In this document: positions 51,700 to 64,000 of the stretch, piece by piece | Numbering within the stretch: the stretch's first letter is position 1 | Layout of the letters: every line of letters begins with the position of its first letter | NCBI GenBank assembly: GCA_030704615.1 | Contig: CM060733.1 | Coordinates: 68,386,001 to 68,450,000, forward strand | DNA length: 64,000 nt | From: Takakia lepidozioides | Taxonomy: Eukaryota; Plantae; Bryophyta | Reading direction: 5' to 3' | Notes under the pieces: generated by a model | What the model was told of the DNA's origin: nothing | Seen by the model: only the letters and a program-made list of their open reading frames with translations | Databases searched by the model: none | Made by a program: the position numbers and the translations under genes

Positions 51700-52500
51700 T
51701 ACAGACACAAGTAGGCACACACAAGAGGTCCTCTTTTGAGTCAGTCCAAACCAAGAAGTGGTCAGAGGTACCAATATCAGTTCTGTCGATCAACACATTG
51801 GCACACCGGGGGAACAAATTTTTGTCCATTATGATATAGTCCACAATGGAACGTTCCCCAGTTTGGGATTTCTCACGAGTCCACTGCACTTGGTCACCTT
51901 TTGTCCTGTTATTCAAGGTCAAAAGATGAAGCTCTTCCAGACAGTTAATTAACCGTCTGCCATTAGAATTCAGCTCGTCTTCACCAGAAGGCCCAGTGAT
52001 ATCGTCCTGATGGAGCCCTTTGCCCACCCGGGCATTGAAGTCACCCAATAGCACCACCTGACCTTTGGCAAGGAACGAAGCACAGTCCAGTTTTAATTCT
52101 TCGAAGGCTTTGTCTGCGTCAGCACTAAGGGTCCCCTCTGTGGGCATGTAAACACAACCCACAAAGAGGTCTTTTGTACTCAAGCCGCCCTTCAGATTCA
52201 GTTTTAGCCAGATACTATGCTCGTACCTCAAACCCTTGTTGATAATTTCACAATTGTCAAACAAGAAATCACGGACAAAGAATCCAGCCCCTTTTTGACT
52301 GCGTTTGGCAGAGGCTGCCTTGAGAGTACACATCTTACCTGCCCATTTATAACCATTGACATCTCCAACCAGTTTATCCGACGTTTCCCATGTTTCTGCT
52401 CAGCACAGATATGAATATCATTAGTCCGAAGAACTTGTCCCACTTCGAGTTGTTTTCTTTGGTTGGTCAACCCTGAGAAGTTGAAAGTGGCCAGCCGCAA
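51700..52500 (-). pseudogene. Non-LTR (LINE) apurinic-like endonuclease fragment
   Basis: RLATFN, GAGFFV, VGCVYMP, LLGDFNARVG, NGRRL, IVDYII, SDHFLV. Confidence 0.88.
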
Positions 52501-52631
52501 GCCAGCCCTTTGCATGTGAATTGTTTGTCGTCTAGGTAGCTTGTGATTGCTCCTGGACGGCCAACCGTTCTGCAAAGGGGGGACAGTTACCCCATGGATT
52601 CATAGCATCAAACCGATTAGAAACTCTCAAG

Positions 52632-53612
52632 TTGAAGTCCTTGCGTCACATTATCCAAAGTGGATTCACGCCAAATGTTTTTCTACTCAACACCCTTGTC
52701 AACCTGTATGTTATGTGCGGGAGCATCATTGATGCTCACCAAGTGTTCAACAGAATGCCTCAACGATCTTTGATCACGTGGAATATAATGTTGGCAGGAT
52801 GCAATGCGCGTCCAAGCCTGCGAGCTCTGGAAAATGGGAAAAAGGTCCATGGTGACATTGTCAAAGCTGGAATTGTACCAGATGTCATTCTGAACACTCC
52901 CCTGGTGGACATGTATGCCAAATGTGGGCATTAAGGATGCAAAGGGAGTTTCCATGGCTGAACGAGATGTGGTGTCGTGGAGTGCGATGCTTGCAGGGTA
53001 TGCACAGCAGGCACGTGGTATGGAGGCTTTGGAGACCTATGATCAAATGATGGGGGAAGGGGTGAAGCCCGACCACATCACATTTGTGTATATTTGCAAT
53101 GCGTGTGCAAGCCTGTCAGCTCTGGAAAAGGGCAAAGAGGTCCATGGCGACATTGTCAGTTTTGCAATTGTATCAAATATCATTCTAAACAATACCCTCG
53201 TGGACATGTATGAAGGGAGTGTTCAACGGTATGGCTGAACGAGATGTGCTGTCGTGGAGTGCGATGATTGCAGGATATGCACAGCAAGGGCGCGGGATGG
53301 AGGCTTTGGAGACCTATGAGCAAATGATGTGCAAAGGGGTGAAGCCTGCGCTTTGCATTGCATGATGTTGAGGAAGAGCTTAAAGAATCGTCTCTTTGCC
53401 ACCACAATGAGAAGCTGGCCATTGTTTTTGGGCTTATCAACACACCCTCTGGGATGTCTTTGAGGATCACCAGGAATCTTCGGATGTGTGGTGATTGCCA
53501 CACAGCCACCAAATTCATCTCAAAGATAGCTAAGCAAGAGATTGTTGTACGGGATGCAAACCGCTTTCACCACTTCCAAAATGGTGTTTGTTCTTGTGGG
53601 GAGTATTGGTGA
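52632..53612 (+). pseudogene. PLS-class PPR-DYW (organellar RNA editing factor) pseudogene with internal deletions
   Basis: PPR motifs (NTLVNLYVMCG, DVVSWSAMLAGY, KPDHITF); DYW part [31 protein letters not shown]; frameshifts; E domain and DYW N-terminus missing. Confidence 0.9.
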
Positions 53613-54188
53613 AATGAAATGCTTGTCACCTAATTGAATGTATTGAACTCTATCAGCTTCAGGTTGGACTCCAACAGTGGCAGCAAAGGTGCACGAAATC
53701 TCTTTTTGGAGAGGAATTCTCAACAGTAGGTTTTGAACATAATTGGACCTTGCAAAGGTTGAAACTGTAGAAGTTTAGAAACTGTCCTAGTTGATGAACA
53801 GAGGTGCAGTGACTAGGTCTCGATGGTCTTCAAGAGGATCACTCTTTGATGAAAATACCCATATCAGAAAATGGAAACTTTCTTCAGGCCTCTTGCACAT
53901 CGAGCATTGACAATGTCCCTTTCCTCTCTACATCTGAATATTGTTCAAAGTGAGATTCCACAGCAAGTTTTATCAAGGGCAAACAATTTTTTTAATTAAT
54001 TTATTAGATTTTATTCGATTTTAAATGAAGAAACTTGATATAATATAAAAACATACATATACATATTTGAGGGTATTTTTTAATTATTGAAAAGGAAAAT
54101 ATACATACATAAGGGGGTACTTTTTAAAAATTACAAATTTCTATATATTTACAGGAGGGGGTTTTATAATCTTCAAAATGTATGTACA

Positions 54189-55206
54189 TGTTAGAGGGCT
54201 GCTTGGGACTTAGACACTTTTACGGGATCTGTGGGGTACCCTTAATTTTTACACAGACTGAGACCAACAGGAGCCTTAGGGGTGACAACAACAGGCTTTA
54301 GGGGGGGAGATACACAGCCCGATACAGTCCATCACAGCCAGCCACAGCTTCGCACAGCCAACACAGCCCGTCACAGTCAGACACAGCCGTCACTGCTTCG
54401 CACAGCCAACACAGCTCGACACAGCCGGCCACAGCTTTGCACAGTCAACACAGCCCGACACAGCCGGCCACATCTTCGCACAGCCAACACAGCCCGACAC
54501 AGTCGCCACAGCCCTACACAGCCCGACACAGCCCGCCACAGCCAGTCACAGCTCGGCACAGCTGGGGGACAGTTATCATTGGCAGGGAACGACTGTGGGG
54601 GAACGACATCTCAAAAAAGAACGTGTACTACAGGGATGACGGTTAGTTAGGAAAGCGGTTAGAACAACTTGTAGGTAGATAAAGCGAAGAGCGGGGACGT
54701 CTGGGGATCACTTCTGGGTGGGGGGACTTCTGGTATCACGGCTTGGAAATAAAGGGGAGAGCGCATCTCTGAGTGGAAAGATGAAGAGCACGGAGTAGAA
54801 GAAGAGACGATCTGTTGATACTTGATGAATGCAAGCTGTAGAATTGTAATGTAGAGTAGATTAGAGACACCATGGCTTCAGCCTGATACTCGATAGATAT
54901 TAATCTGATACATACTTCATACTCACACCGTGTAGAGAGATACGAGTGAAGCTGTGGAATGAATGCCTGAGTAGTTGGAACATGGTAGATTGCAGAAGTA
55001 ATCTGATACTTAATCATAGATAGTAAGGTAAATTGCTAATATGAATGCGAGAAGGAATACAAATAGGAAGCACCCCCATGATACACTAGTTTTAGGTCAT
55101 GACTGATTGTTCTGAGCGGGCTGAGTACTTAGAGATTTCCAACTCTTCTATCTTGGAGTTTCCACCTCGGATAGCTAAGGGATGGGTGAGTAAAAGCCGC
55201 TCGACA
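54189..55206 (+). repeat. 5' LTR of Gypsy A2
   Basis: TGTTAGAGGG...GCTCGACA with a CACAGC array at about 54312-54562. Confidence 0.93.
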
Positions 55207-55794
55207 TTTGGCGACCATACTAGGGAACTGGGTCATGAACAACCAGATGTGACAGGCATCTGGTGGGATCATGGTGGTTGGAGAATTAAAGAATTTGATG
55301 TGAATCAAATTCCCTGTGAAACTGAGAAGGAAAGATTGTCCAAACGATTCTTTCAGAGGTTCTTGGAATTGCCAGACGGTTGTAAAGAAAACATTCTTAA
55401 AAGAGTGCATGATGCTGACCCTGAATGGGGTCTGGAGAAAGGAGTGATAAAGATTTATCAGGTGGCCTGTAGAGGAAGAGCACGTTGGTTACCAACACTG
55501 GTTTATGTGATAGCATTGCTATCCATTAAGCGAGTAGAGTTTGAAGGCTGGGAGGAAATGAAGGTGAATGTTTATACTCATATGCATGAAGAGCTTGTAC
55601 AGGTAAAGAATTGGATTCCAAAGGATATTTTGTGGATCAAACTCACACCAAGAACAACTTTCCAGACTTGTTTGCCATATGGTTATATGATAATGGAGAC
55701 TTCTAATATAGCCAAGGGTGCATTGAAGCTTGAAAGAAACCCAGGCATATACGAGAGATACTACAGAAGAGAGTTTTGGTTACTGCCACATTAA
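55099..55794 (+). CDS. Gypsy A 5' extra ORF upstream of gag, unknown function (start uncertain)
   Basis: About 195 stop-free codons after the PBS, in a different frame from gag. Confidence 0.4.
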   Translation: MTDCSERAEYLEISNSSILEFPPRIAKGWVSKSRSTFGDHTRELGHEQPDVTGIWWDHGGWRIKEFDVNQIPCETEKERLSKRFFQRFLELPDGCKENILKRVHDADPEWGLEKGVIKIYQVACRGRARWLPTLVYVIALLSIKRVEFEGWEEMKVNVYTHMHEELVQVKNWIPKDILWIKLTPRTTFQTCLPYGYMIMETSNIAKGALKLERNPGIYERYYRREFWLLPH

Positions 55795-55814
55795 AGAAAT
55801 GAAAAACATGGGAC

Positions 55815-58800
55815 ATGAGTGATGAAAGAGAAGCTAGACTCCAAAGATATTCAGCAAAAAGAGAAAGTTATCTGAAAGCTAATTATCCATATCTTTGGGA
55901 GAGAGGAATAGACATAGGGGAATCATCTGGACCTCTCACACCATTAAGATCAGAGAGTACATCACCCATACCGGAAGAACTAGAGTTGGATGCCACTCCT
56001 TCTTTTTCTTTGCAAGAAAGATTAAGGGAATTGGTACGGGAAGAAGATCAATCACGAGGTGAAAGATCTGAGGTACATCCCTGGATAAAAGATTTGACAT
56101 AAATCTTTGATAAGAGTTGGCATGGAACACCAAAAGCAGGAACTCCAGTTTCTGAAACGGAAGGTGAAGAAGGAGGAGAGGATGTGGCAGAGCCAACGGA
56201 GAGTTCAGACTCTCCAACACCATTACAGTTGAGTTACATGAGTGAAGAAAAAACCCAAAGGCAGAACTTGGAGGATGAAAATAGAGAGAAGAAATTGGAA
56301 GAGGAAGAGTATGAAGAAGTAGACCCAACAGCTGAGGTTGAGACTACAACCAGGACATCCCAACCCGTTGGACCTGGATCAAGTGGAGCACTTGGATCAC
56401 AGGGCAACGAAGGTGTCGGCTTAGGGGGATCAGGCGGGCTGCCTGGATCTGGCTCTGGGGGGATAGGGAGTGTGGGAAGTAGTGCAACTAGAGCTGGGAA
56501 TACTGTGAATATCGTGGGGCCAGTAGCAGGGAGTGCTCAGGGGCCACCACTGGGTGGAAGATCCACCACAACTACAACAGGTCCTCAAGGACCAGCACCA
56601 GCAAGGGTGCCAGCATCTGTCAGGGTGCAGAGGGTAGGGCCACAAATGGCGTTACAACCAACACGGGCAAAACCACATTTTCTAATATATTCAGGAAAAG
56701 GGGATCCCGATGTACACATTAGCCAATTTGAGCACATGTGTATAGTGAACAATGAGAATGGCGATGATGCCAAGATAAGACTGTTTCCTTGTTCACTTAT
56801 CAAGAAAGCAAGTGAATGGTATGCAAGATTCCCTGATAATCATTTCCTAACCTGGAATGGCTTGAATACAGCATTCCGAAATAGGTTCAGGACAAGTAAA
56901 ACCGAGGATGAAGTGTATGGAAGTTTACAACAGTTAAAGCAAAAGAAGCATGAAACTGTTGAGGAGTATATGGAAAAGATGGAATTGATGATGAAAAAGC
57001 TGGCTGCTGTACCAGCACCAGGTTTACAGAAGACTTGGTTTGTGAGTGGACTAAGACCAGAGTTGCAAAAGAAAGTGGATATGTTACCCCATAATACAGT
57101 GGAGGAGGCATTTGAAACAGCGAACATAATTGAGCAATTGGGAATGCTCAGGAGAGAGAAAAGGGATGATGAGGACTCTGAGGATGAGTCAGATGAAGAA
57201 GAAGAGCAAGAACTGAAAAGGAAGAGTAAGAGAAAGGAGAAGTTGAAGAGGGATAACTATGAGAAAAGATTAGAAGAAATCTTGAAGAAGTATGCCACAG
57301 AGGCTGCAACACATTGTAGGAAGGGTGTTTGGTGTGCAAAGTGCCAGAATGAAGGCCATACCACCACTGAATGCCACATGAAGGAGAAACATTGTACCAT
57401 CTGTAAGATGGATAACCATTCTACTGAGAATTGTTACTACAACAGAAGGTCAGCTGCAAGAGAACCTAGGCAAGTAAGGGTGCATCAAGTGCAGCCCCAG
57501 CCAAGAAGAAACAGTGATCAGGTACACTATGGTAGGCCTGGTGGTTATAACAATGGCATGGAAGGGAGAGGTAACTCAAGAGGGAATTACCAAGGAAATT
57601 CCAAAGGCAACTATCAGGGTAATCCAAGGGGGAATTACCAGCCAGGGAATCAGGATTACAGAAATAATCCAAGAGCAGACCAAGGACGAGGACCCAATGG
57701 TGAAGAACTGTGTTACTATTGTAATCAGCGAGGACATCGCAAGGCAGCCTGTTCATTCTGGATTAGACACCAGAATGAGTTGAGAGCTCCTGTGAATGAG
57801 GGCCCACTGGTGGCAGCTCACATGGTTAGGCCATGTGTTGTACCAGAAGTAAGTACAATGATAGTAACAAGAAGCAAAGCCAAACTAATACCTCCAGTAG
57901 TTGAGGAAGATGATGATAATGAAGATGGTAGTGATGTGCCTGAAGATGATGAGGCTTGGAGAGATGAGAAGGAACTGCACAAGGAAGTGGCAGATACCAT
58001 AAGGGAAATGTAGAAGAGTATTGATATTCCTGTGGCAGATTCCTCTGATTCTGATGAAGAAGAAGAAGTGAGTAAGGATGAAAGGAAGAAAGAAGCTGCA
58101 GACATGTAAAGTAATGAAGGGACTTTGGCTGAAGTAATATGCCAGACCAAAGCAGAGATTACCATTGGACAGCTATTAGCTGTGGCACCTTATTGTAGAC
58201 ATAAGCTGTATCAAGCAATCAATCGAATTGCCTAGGAAACAGGAAACACAGACCTGAACAGCAAGGTGACCAGTTATAATGTGAAGCCGGAAGGGCGAGA
58301 AACTGTCATGGACTTTGATGATTCTATGCCAGTAATCCAATTGAGAATTGGAAGCACAGAACTAACTGATGTACTGATAGATGGAGGCTCTGGAGTAAAT
58401 ATCATGACAGACCAATTAAGGAAGAAGCTTGGTCTAAGTAACATGAAACCAGCCCCATTTACAGTAACAATGGCAGATCAAAGAAGTGTACAGCCATTGG
58501 GATTGATAAGAGGAGTTAAGATACAGATACAGAAGATGATCTTTATGATCACAATAACTGTGTTGAAGATGGATGAAGTCATGGAGGCTTACTCCTTATT
58601 ATTGGGACGTCCGTGGCTGAAACAGGCCAGGGTATTCCATGACTGGAATTCTCAGTTACTAACTGTGCATAATGGGATGCACGTGATACAAATTACCACT
58701 AAGAAATCTAGTAGATTACCTGCTACGAGAAGACCTCGAGGGGTCAGAGAGTATGACTGGAGGGGAGGACTGGATGAGGAGCAGGAAGCTACCCTGTTCG

Positions 58801-60248
58801 CTGCACACCCAGAGTGGGAGCAGGTTGCAGAGATGCGGCTGGAAGGCCTAAGTTGTTTAAGAGGTATCTGCCGTGGTGTAGTGACAGCAACACCAATTGA
58901 AGAGGAAACCAGCAGTTACCCACCACATTTCTATGAAGAAAGAGAAGGAGAAATGGAAATCCTAGAGGAACCAGCCACTGTGAGTTTACAGGATGAAGTG
59001 GTGACTGGTTGGACAATCACAGCTGATGAGCAGGTGAGAGAAGTGAATGTGGGAACTGAAGAGGAACCGAGGATGGTGAAGGTAGGAGCTGATTTGGAGC
59101 CAGAATTCTTTGAGGAAGCTAAGAGTTTGTTCATCAAATACAGAGATGTATTTGCTTGGAGCTACGAGGATCTAAAAGGGATACCACCTGAGATCTGTCA
59201 GCATAAGATTGAACTGGAACCAGGGTCAGTACCAATCAAAGCAGGCAAGGTACAGAGTGAATCCCAACTATGCACAGAAGGTTGGAGAAGAGATCAAGAA
59301 GTTGGCTGAGGCTAAGTTTATATACCCGATAGAGTATACAACTTGGTTGTCACCCATTGTGATAGTTCCCAAGAAAAATGGTAAACTGAGAGTTTGTGTG
59401 AACTATAAGAAGTTGAATGCTTGCACGAAGAAATATCCTTTTCCTTTACAATTCACAGAAGCGGTATTGGACACTGTGGCAGGCCATGAGATGTACTCAT
59501 TCATGGATGGCTTCAGTGGTTATAATCAAGTGCAAGTGGCAGAAGAAGACCAGGGAAAGACAGCTTTCATCACAGACTGGGGTGCTTATGCATACAAAGT
59601 CATGCCCTTTGGACTTTGTAATGCACCAGCAACCTTTTAGAGAGTGATAAGTGAATCTTTTCATGAGTATCTGGATGATTTCATGCAGGTGTTCTTGGAT
59701 GATTTCAGTGTGTACAGCTCTAAGAATAAGCACTTGCATAAATTGGAGTTATGTTTGGCCAGATGCAGGATGAGAGGTCTGGGCCTGAATCCAGAGAAGT
59801 GTACTTTCTGTGTAAACTCAGGGGTGCTTCTGGGACACATTGTGTGTAAGAGGGGACTTCTTGTGGATCCTAGGAAGACAGAGGCCATTAAAGCCTCTCC
59901 ACCACCAGTAAATGTTAAGAGACTAAGGAGATTCCTTGGGCAAACCAGTTAATACAGAAGATTTGTCAAAAGGTATGCACAGTTAGCAGCACCATTGAGC
60001 AAGCTTCTGAAGAAAGATGCAATGTTTGCATGGACAGCTGAATGTCAACAGACTTTTGAGGAATTTACATTGTCAGTAACAACTACACCTGTGCTGATTA
60101 ACCCTCATTGGCATGTAGTATTTCATGTTCACTGTGATGCCTCAGGAGAAGTGTTGGGAGCGGTGTTAGCCCAGAATGTTACACGAAATATAGATTCACC
60201 TGTGTACTATGCTAGCAGGTTGATGAACAATGCTGAAAGGAACTATAG
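55815..60248 (+). pseudogene. gag-pol: Gypsy A2 gag-pol
   Basis: Retrotransposon gag (YSGKGDPDVHI, LFPCSL..ASEWY), three CCHC knuckles, LIDGGSG, FLDD, HCDAS; several premature stops. Confidence 0.94.
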
Positions 60249-61009
60249 TCCAACGCAAACCGACCTTTGAAATTTCAATCCAATGTCATTGTGGATGTTC
60301 GATGTTTTTGTCCTGCACCAAGGGTGTCCGTAATGTTTCTTGTCTATGCCCTGCAGAAGCCCAGCAAGTCTAGTGGAAGACGTGGGAGGGTTGAGCTCAA
60401 ACAAAATGTCCCCATCAAACTCTGCTAGCACATATTGAACCCGCTGCACCCGAAGGGACTCCCAATCAACAAAACGCAGCTCGCTCTTGCACCCAGGCAC
60501 CCCTGCGAGGGCTTTCAATTTCGGAATGACACTCGTTATCTCCTGCAATTTGTCATCATCCAAGAATGGAGTCTGGACTGGCGGAGGCATCTCATAAACA
60601 TCCTCCGAAGATGAGTTTGAAAGAGTCACAAATGTAGTGGATGTGCTCACCTCTTGTTTCACATGAACTGTGCCCTTCTGCTGCACACCGATGCTGCAGT
60701 GCCAGGGGTAACTACTGATCCTGCTGATTGTCTTCTCTCTTTTCCAAAGACCCGGTATGTGCCTGGGAGGACTCTCCACTTCCTCCTACACTCGCCAACC
60801 AATGGATTCTGCAAGTGCCCAGAATCCAAATTCTCATCCTCGTCATACACCTCTTTTTGAACAAGCAGAGAACCCAATTCCAGAGGGAACACTGTAACTA
60901 GCTCATCCTCATGAACAACTGCAAACCCATCGTCATCTGCAGTGGCAGTCAGTGGAAGACTACCTGCATTGGAATGAAATCGAGCGAGTCTGTCTCCCTC
61001 CCTGGACAT
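60249..61009 (-). pseudogene. 5' part of a third, more diverged GCM-MULE transposase
   Basis: SELRFVDW..VLAEFDGDILFEL..GIDKKHYGHPWCRTKTS..SVCVG aligns with SELAALDY..LPPEVDGNVIFEF..DMDRKHDGHPWCVTKTS..VLCAG. Confidence 0.8.
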
Positions 61010-61982
61010 GTCTTCCTAGACTGAGCCAAAGTTGTGATCCACAAAGAGTCCCCCGAACTGATAGCCCGTAATTCTCGAGAGGGGATCCACCCCAAACAAA
61101 CTGAGGTGAATAAGGGTAGCACAGTCCCAACGGATTTTGGGGTTTACAATTTTCTGTAAGAATGACATGCACGGTGAAAGTCTGCCCCGAACTCCGCAGT
61201 CAGCCACACTGAGAAACACCAACTAGAAAAACTGTCTTCAAAGACAAGAAGCCACAAGAAGCCGTATTGTGTCTGGATGAAAAGCAAACCCTGCACAGGA
61301 TATGAAGCCCTCCATTGTGGAAAGACGGCAACGACCCATGGAGTCCAATAAACAGGAAACCCCGAATCAAATTTTTTGTGCTGTGCCAGAAGAGCACAGC
61401 ACAACACTGACAGTCAGGGGGACACCTCGCACGAAGGTACGCAACACATTACGATTGCCGACACCAAGCTTTATATCGAAATCACTGCATTGCGCCGGCG
61501 ACGGCGAAATGCAAATCGCAGGATAGGCAGTACAACATACGTGGATGCATATGTGAAGCATCACAATTATTGCTAATGTGCAAATACTGTTCAAAATTCG
61601 ACTTGCGACAAATTTTTACGGCACTTCTCAATTTCCATGAATGCAAAAAGCCTTTCGTGTACTGGCAGCCGGCGAAGTACATCTGACATATCCCACAAGT
61701 AGACGGAACGGCAATTGAAGTGCCACCACTTAGTTTTTTGGGTATTGAGAGACGGAGAAATGGATGAATTCCGCTCGCACATAATGATGACATCCGCATC
61801 CAAATACGGTTAACAATGTCCAAATTGTATTTTCGATACATGCCAAAGCAACCGTTGTTGCAAACGTCAAACTGGAGAGCTCTAGAGGCAACGTGGGGAG
61901 CGTTTGTTTCCACCAAAGGAAGAAGAGAAGGAAGTCGCTATACTTTACCAGCACTAGGGACAGGAAGAGAGCCAGAGATAGA

Positions 61983-62291
61983 ATGAGGTTGGAAAGAGTA
62001 GACAAAGAGGGAAAGGAGGAAGAAGAGGTCAATGAGGAAAGATTGGCGATGCAAGAGCAGGATTTTGGAGAGCAACAACAGCCCCCCATACTGCCGAGAA
62101 CGGGTGAGGAGGAGACTGCATCCGAGGGAGAGACGAACGCCAAAGAGGATATTGATGCTGGCCTCATGAAGAAGCAGATAGTGGAAAAGACGATGGGGGA
62201 GATGCTCCAGAACATGCTCGGCGTAGACAACAGTCCCAAGCGCAAAGGGTCTCCTGCGATTGGAAAGACATCCAACGCAGCACAAAGAAAG
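61983..62291 (+). CDS. Putative first exon of a gene divergent from transposase 3 (possible counterpart of the ParB-MTase gene)
   Basis: E/K-rich ORF ending at AAG|GTAC donor, in the same head-to-head position as in element 1; no diagnostic domain visible. Confidence 0.3.
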
Positions 62292-62343
62292 GTACAAGTG
62301 ATGTTCACTGCTACCTTTTGTTTTGCTTCATGTTATGCTGGCC

Positions 62344-63597
62344 CAGTGTGCGGTGCCGCACACTCTGTATGCTCCGTGTGTATGCAGAGGATTGTGGATG
62401 CAGGAGAGAGTGTGCGGTGCCGCACACTGTCAGTCTCCCCTCTGAGACTATGAATTTTGGAGTGAGATGGAAGCTTGAAGCAGTGTGCGCCACCGCACAA
62501 TGTTTCTGGCCCTTCAAATTGGTTCGAAACCGTGGCAAGCTGAAATATGTGCAAGCAGAAACCACTGTGCGGTGCCGCACACTGTTGCTGCAGGTCTTTC
62601 AAGTTGTTTAGGGTTTGCTGGTCGCTATCTATATCCGTTCCCCAAAACTTCAAACAAAGAAAAATGGAAGCACGAAACAGTGTACGGCACCGCACACTGC
62701 TTGTGCCCCTCTTCTTTGCTTCATTTTCATGTGAAAATGCTCCATTACAGGAGTGTCTTGCAGGTATCAAGCACACATAATTTGAAGCATGAAACAGTGT
62801 GCAACACCGCACACTGTTTGTGCCCCTCATCTTGTTTTTTTTTTAATGTCAAAATGAGCCAGACCAGGCCAGTCTGTGATGTATCAAACACATGCAGATG
62901 GAAGCACGAAACAGTGTGCGGCAATGCACAGTGTTTGTGCCCCCCCTATTTTGCTTGTTTTTTATGTCAAAATGTACCACACTGGGCCAGTCTGTGGTGT
63001 ATCAAACACACGTAGATGGAAGCACAAAATAGTGTGCGGCAACGCACACTGTTTGTGCCCCCATTTTTTGCTTGTTTTTTATGTCAAAATGTACCACACC
63101 AGGCCAGTCTGTGGTTATCAAACAAACGTAGATGGAAGCACGAAATAGTGTGCGTTGCCGCACACTGTTTGTGCCCCTCTACTTGATTTTTTTTCTATGT
63201 CAAAATGTACCGCACCAGCAGTGTCTGCCAGGTACCAAACACAACCAATTTGAAGCACGAAACAGTGTGCAGCAACGCACACTGTTTGTGCCCCCCTATT
63301 TTGCTTGTTTATGATGTCAAAATGTACTACACCAGGCCAGTCTGAGGTGTATCAAACACACGTAGATGGAAGCACGAAACAGTGTGCGGTAATGCACACT
63401 GTTAGTGCCCCCCTTTTTTGCTTGTTATTTATGTCTAAATGTACCAGACCAGGCCAGTCTATCATGTATCAAACACACCTAGATGGAAGCCCGAAACAGT
63501 GTGCGGCAACGCACACTGTTTGTGCCCCCCTTTTTTGCTTGTTTTTTACGTCAAAATGAACCAGACCAGGCCTGTCTGTGATGTATCAAACACACCT
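62344..63597. repeat. Palindrome array: 12 copies of (C)AGTGTGCG-N4-CGCACACT(G), the last 8 at a ~117-bp period
   Basis: Copies at 62344, 62408, 62481, 62563, 62678, 62795, 62912, 63030, 63146, 63263, 63380, 63497. Confidence 0.93.
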
Positions 63598-64000
63598 AAG
63601 ATTGAGGGACAAGGTGACGATGCCAATAGTGAAGGAGTAGGCCAAGTGGTTTTGGTTTGTTGACTGTTGAACAAAGAGGATAGTGAGCTGGCCATCAAGA
63701 ATGGTGAGCCCCCAAAAGGAAGAGATGGGGGAAGGGGGGCCGGCTTGCAGGGATAGAATCCATTGAGGGCTGATGGACTGGATAATGGCATCATAACCTA
63801 GAGAAGCCCATGTCTTTCCAACAGTGAGCGAGATGGATTCCTGACTTCTGAGGTTGTTGTCTCCCCACAGGTTAAAGATCTGGCTAATCCCCAAATTGTC
63901 CCTAGCTGACCAGCGTTTGGCCTGAGAACGTTGGAGGGCAGAGGGTGAGACGTTGGTGTTCAAAAAAAAGTGTTGGTGCATGATTTCATGGTATGAGGTG

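Larger units (their letters stand above)
54189..60248 (+). mobile_element. Ty3/Gypsy family A copy 2, truncated in RNase H
   Basis: LTR 54189-55206, PBS-like TGGCGACCATACTAGGGA at 55209-55226, gag-pol closely similar to 1-3388. Confidence 0.93.

Noticed and set aside
24829-55206. The two family A LTRs as the ends of one element
   Set aside because: The first follows a PPT and the second precedes a PBS, so they belong to separate copies
63598-64000. Minus-strand 131-aa ORF as a LINE ORF2 fragment
   Set aside because: No diagnostic motif visible

Overview
This is eukaryotic DNA made almost entirely of nested transposable elements. It is probably land-plant DNA, inferred from a PLS-type PPR-DYW fragment, DRM fragments and plant-type CACTA and Ty3/Gypsy elements. 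I see no intact host gene. It holds three Ty3/Gypsy families (A twice, B once plus solo LTRs, C degenerate), a split CACTA transposase, a LINE endonuclease fragment and three members of an unusual Mutator (MULE) family whose transposase combines a GCM-like Zn domain, a DDE core and a SWIM finger. The main result is a complete 14.45-kb MULE (6437-20887) with 21-bp TIRs and a 9-bp TSD. It carries (i) a spliced gene fusing a ParB/Srx-like domain to a beta-class DNA amino-methyltransferase-like domain, (ii) two divergent paralogs of an unknown ~190-aa protein, and (iii) about 50 copies of the palindrome GGAAATGCG-N4-CGCATTTCC, about 30 of them phased at 53 bp. A diverged relative at 60.2-63.6 kb lies next to its own palindrome variant, AGTGTGCG-N4-CGCACACT. 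This suggests a transposon-encoded, sequence-specific self-recognition or epigenetic-marking system, which is inference. A clean 13.9-kb inversion (about 28728-42660) is supported by three split elements that rejoin when it is undone. All domain calls come from motifs read by eye; no searches were run.
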